From Felis catus (taxonomy: Eukaryota), in the NCBI RefSeq assembly GCF_018350175.1, contig NC_058368.1, forward strand, positions 44,766,001 to 44,830,000: DNA of 64,000 nucleotides, read 5' to 3'. This document shows, piece by piece, positions 63,774-64,000 of this stretch (within the stretch, counting starts at the first letter, position 1; every line of letters begins with the position of its first letter). The notes beneath the pieces are model-generated. The model was not told the origin of the DNA, searched no databases, and was given only the letters and a program-made list of their open reading frames with translations. The position numbers and the translations under genes were made by a program.

Positions 63774-64000
63774 ACTGCCTCTAGAATTTAAACCTTCTAG
63801 AAGTGCAGGGCGGGGAGACATATCTCTTCCAATTATCAAGGGCTTCTTACATCAGCTACCTTGAAGTTACTACACTGATATACTGGTGTCAAGACTAACC
63901 CTTTCAAGTTAAAACCTTGGCTTTTGATTACATTCCTTGCCTGAATTTTTAATTTTTAATCCCAGTGTCAAAGTTGCTCTCTGAACTCTTTGAATACTAC

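Noticed and set aside
1..64000. The many short ORFs in the ORF track other than the three KLHL1 exon-containing ones
   Set aside because: They are 60-135 aa, low-complexity or derived from SINE/L1/microsatellite sequence (ERERER, YIYIYI, SFFL runs), with no recognisable domains or splice support.
1..64000. ATXN8OS/SCA8-type antisense transcript or CTG/CAG expansion associated with KLHL1
   Set aside because: That system lies at the 5' end of KLHL1, outside this window. No CTG/CAG tract is seen here.
1..64000. CRISPR array, operon or other prokaryotic/viral system
   Set aside because: No regularly spaced repeat-spacer structure and no long ORFs. The recurring approximately 200-bp repeats are dispersed Can-SINEs with TSDs.

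Overview
AT-rich mammalian genomic DNA from a cat-family (felid) genome, judged by about 25 carnivore tRNA-derived Can-SINEs (several of the young cat SINEC_Fc type) and a cat-type L1 3' end. The window lies inside one minus-strand gene, KLHL1 (kelch-like 1; BTB-BACK-Kelch family). It holds three internal coding exons: 58245..58033 (213 nt), 29693..29507 (187 nt) and 2753..2529 (225 nt). They splice in frame through GT-AG introns of about 28.3 and 26.8 kb and encode the BACK domain, the linker and the first Kelch repeats. From recall of the human gene these are probably exons 5-7. The rest is intron: SINEs, L1/L2/MIR relics, MaLR/ERVL LTRs, Tigger and hAT DNA transposons, and microsatellites. 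I see no evidence for a new gene or novel biological system. The most interesting points are modest: RBFOX motifs after two donors, a weak frameshifting exon bracketed by inverted SINEs, a 60-bp Z-DNA tract near a donor, a triple-nested transposon, a cluster of overlapping fold-back repeats, and young SINEs that may be polymorphic. Repeat subfamily names come from recalled consensus sequences and need RepeatMasker/Dfam confirmation. Repeat boundaries without target-site duplications (TSDs) are approximate.
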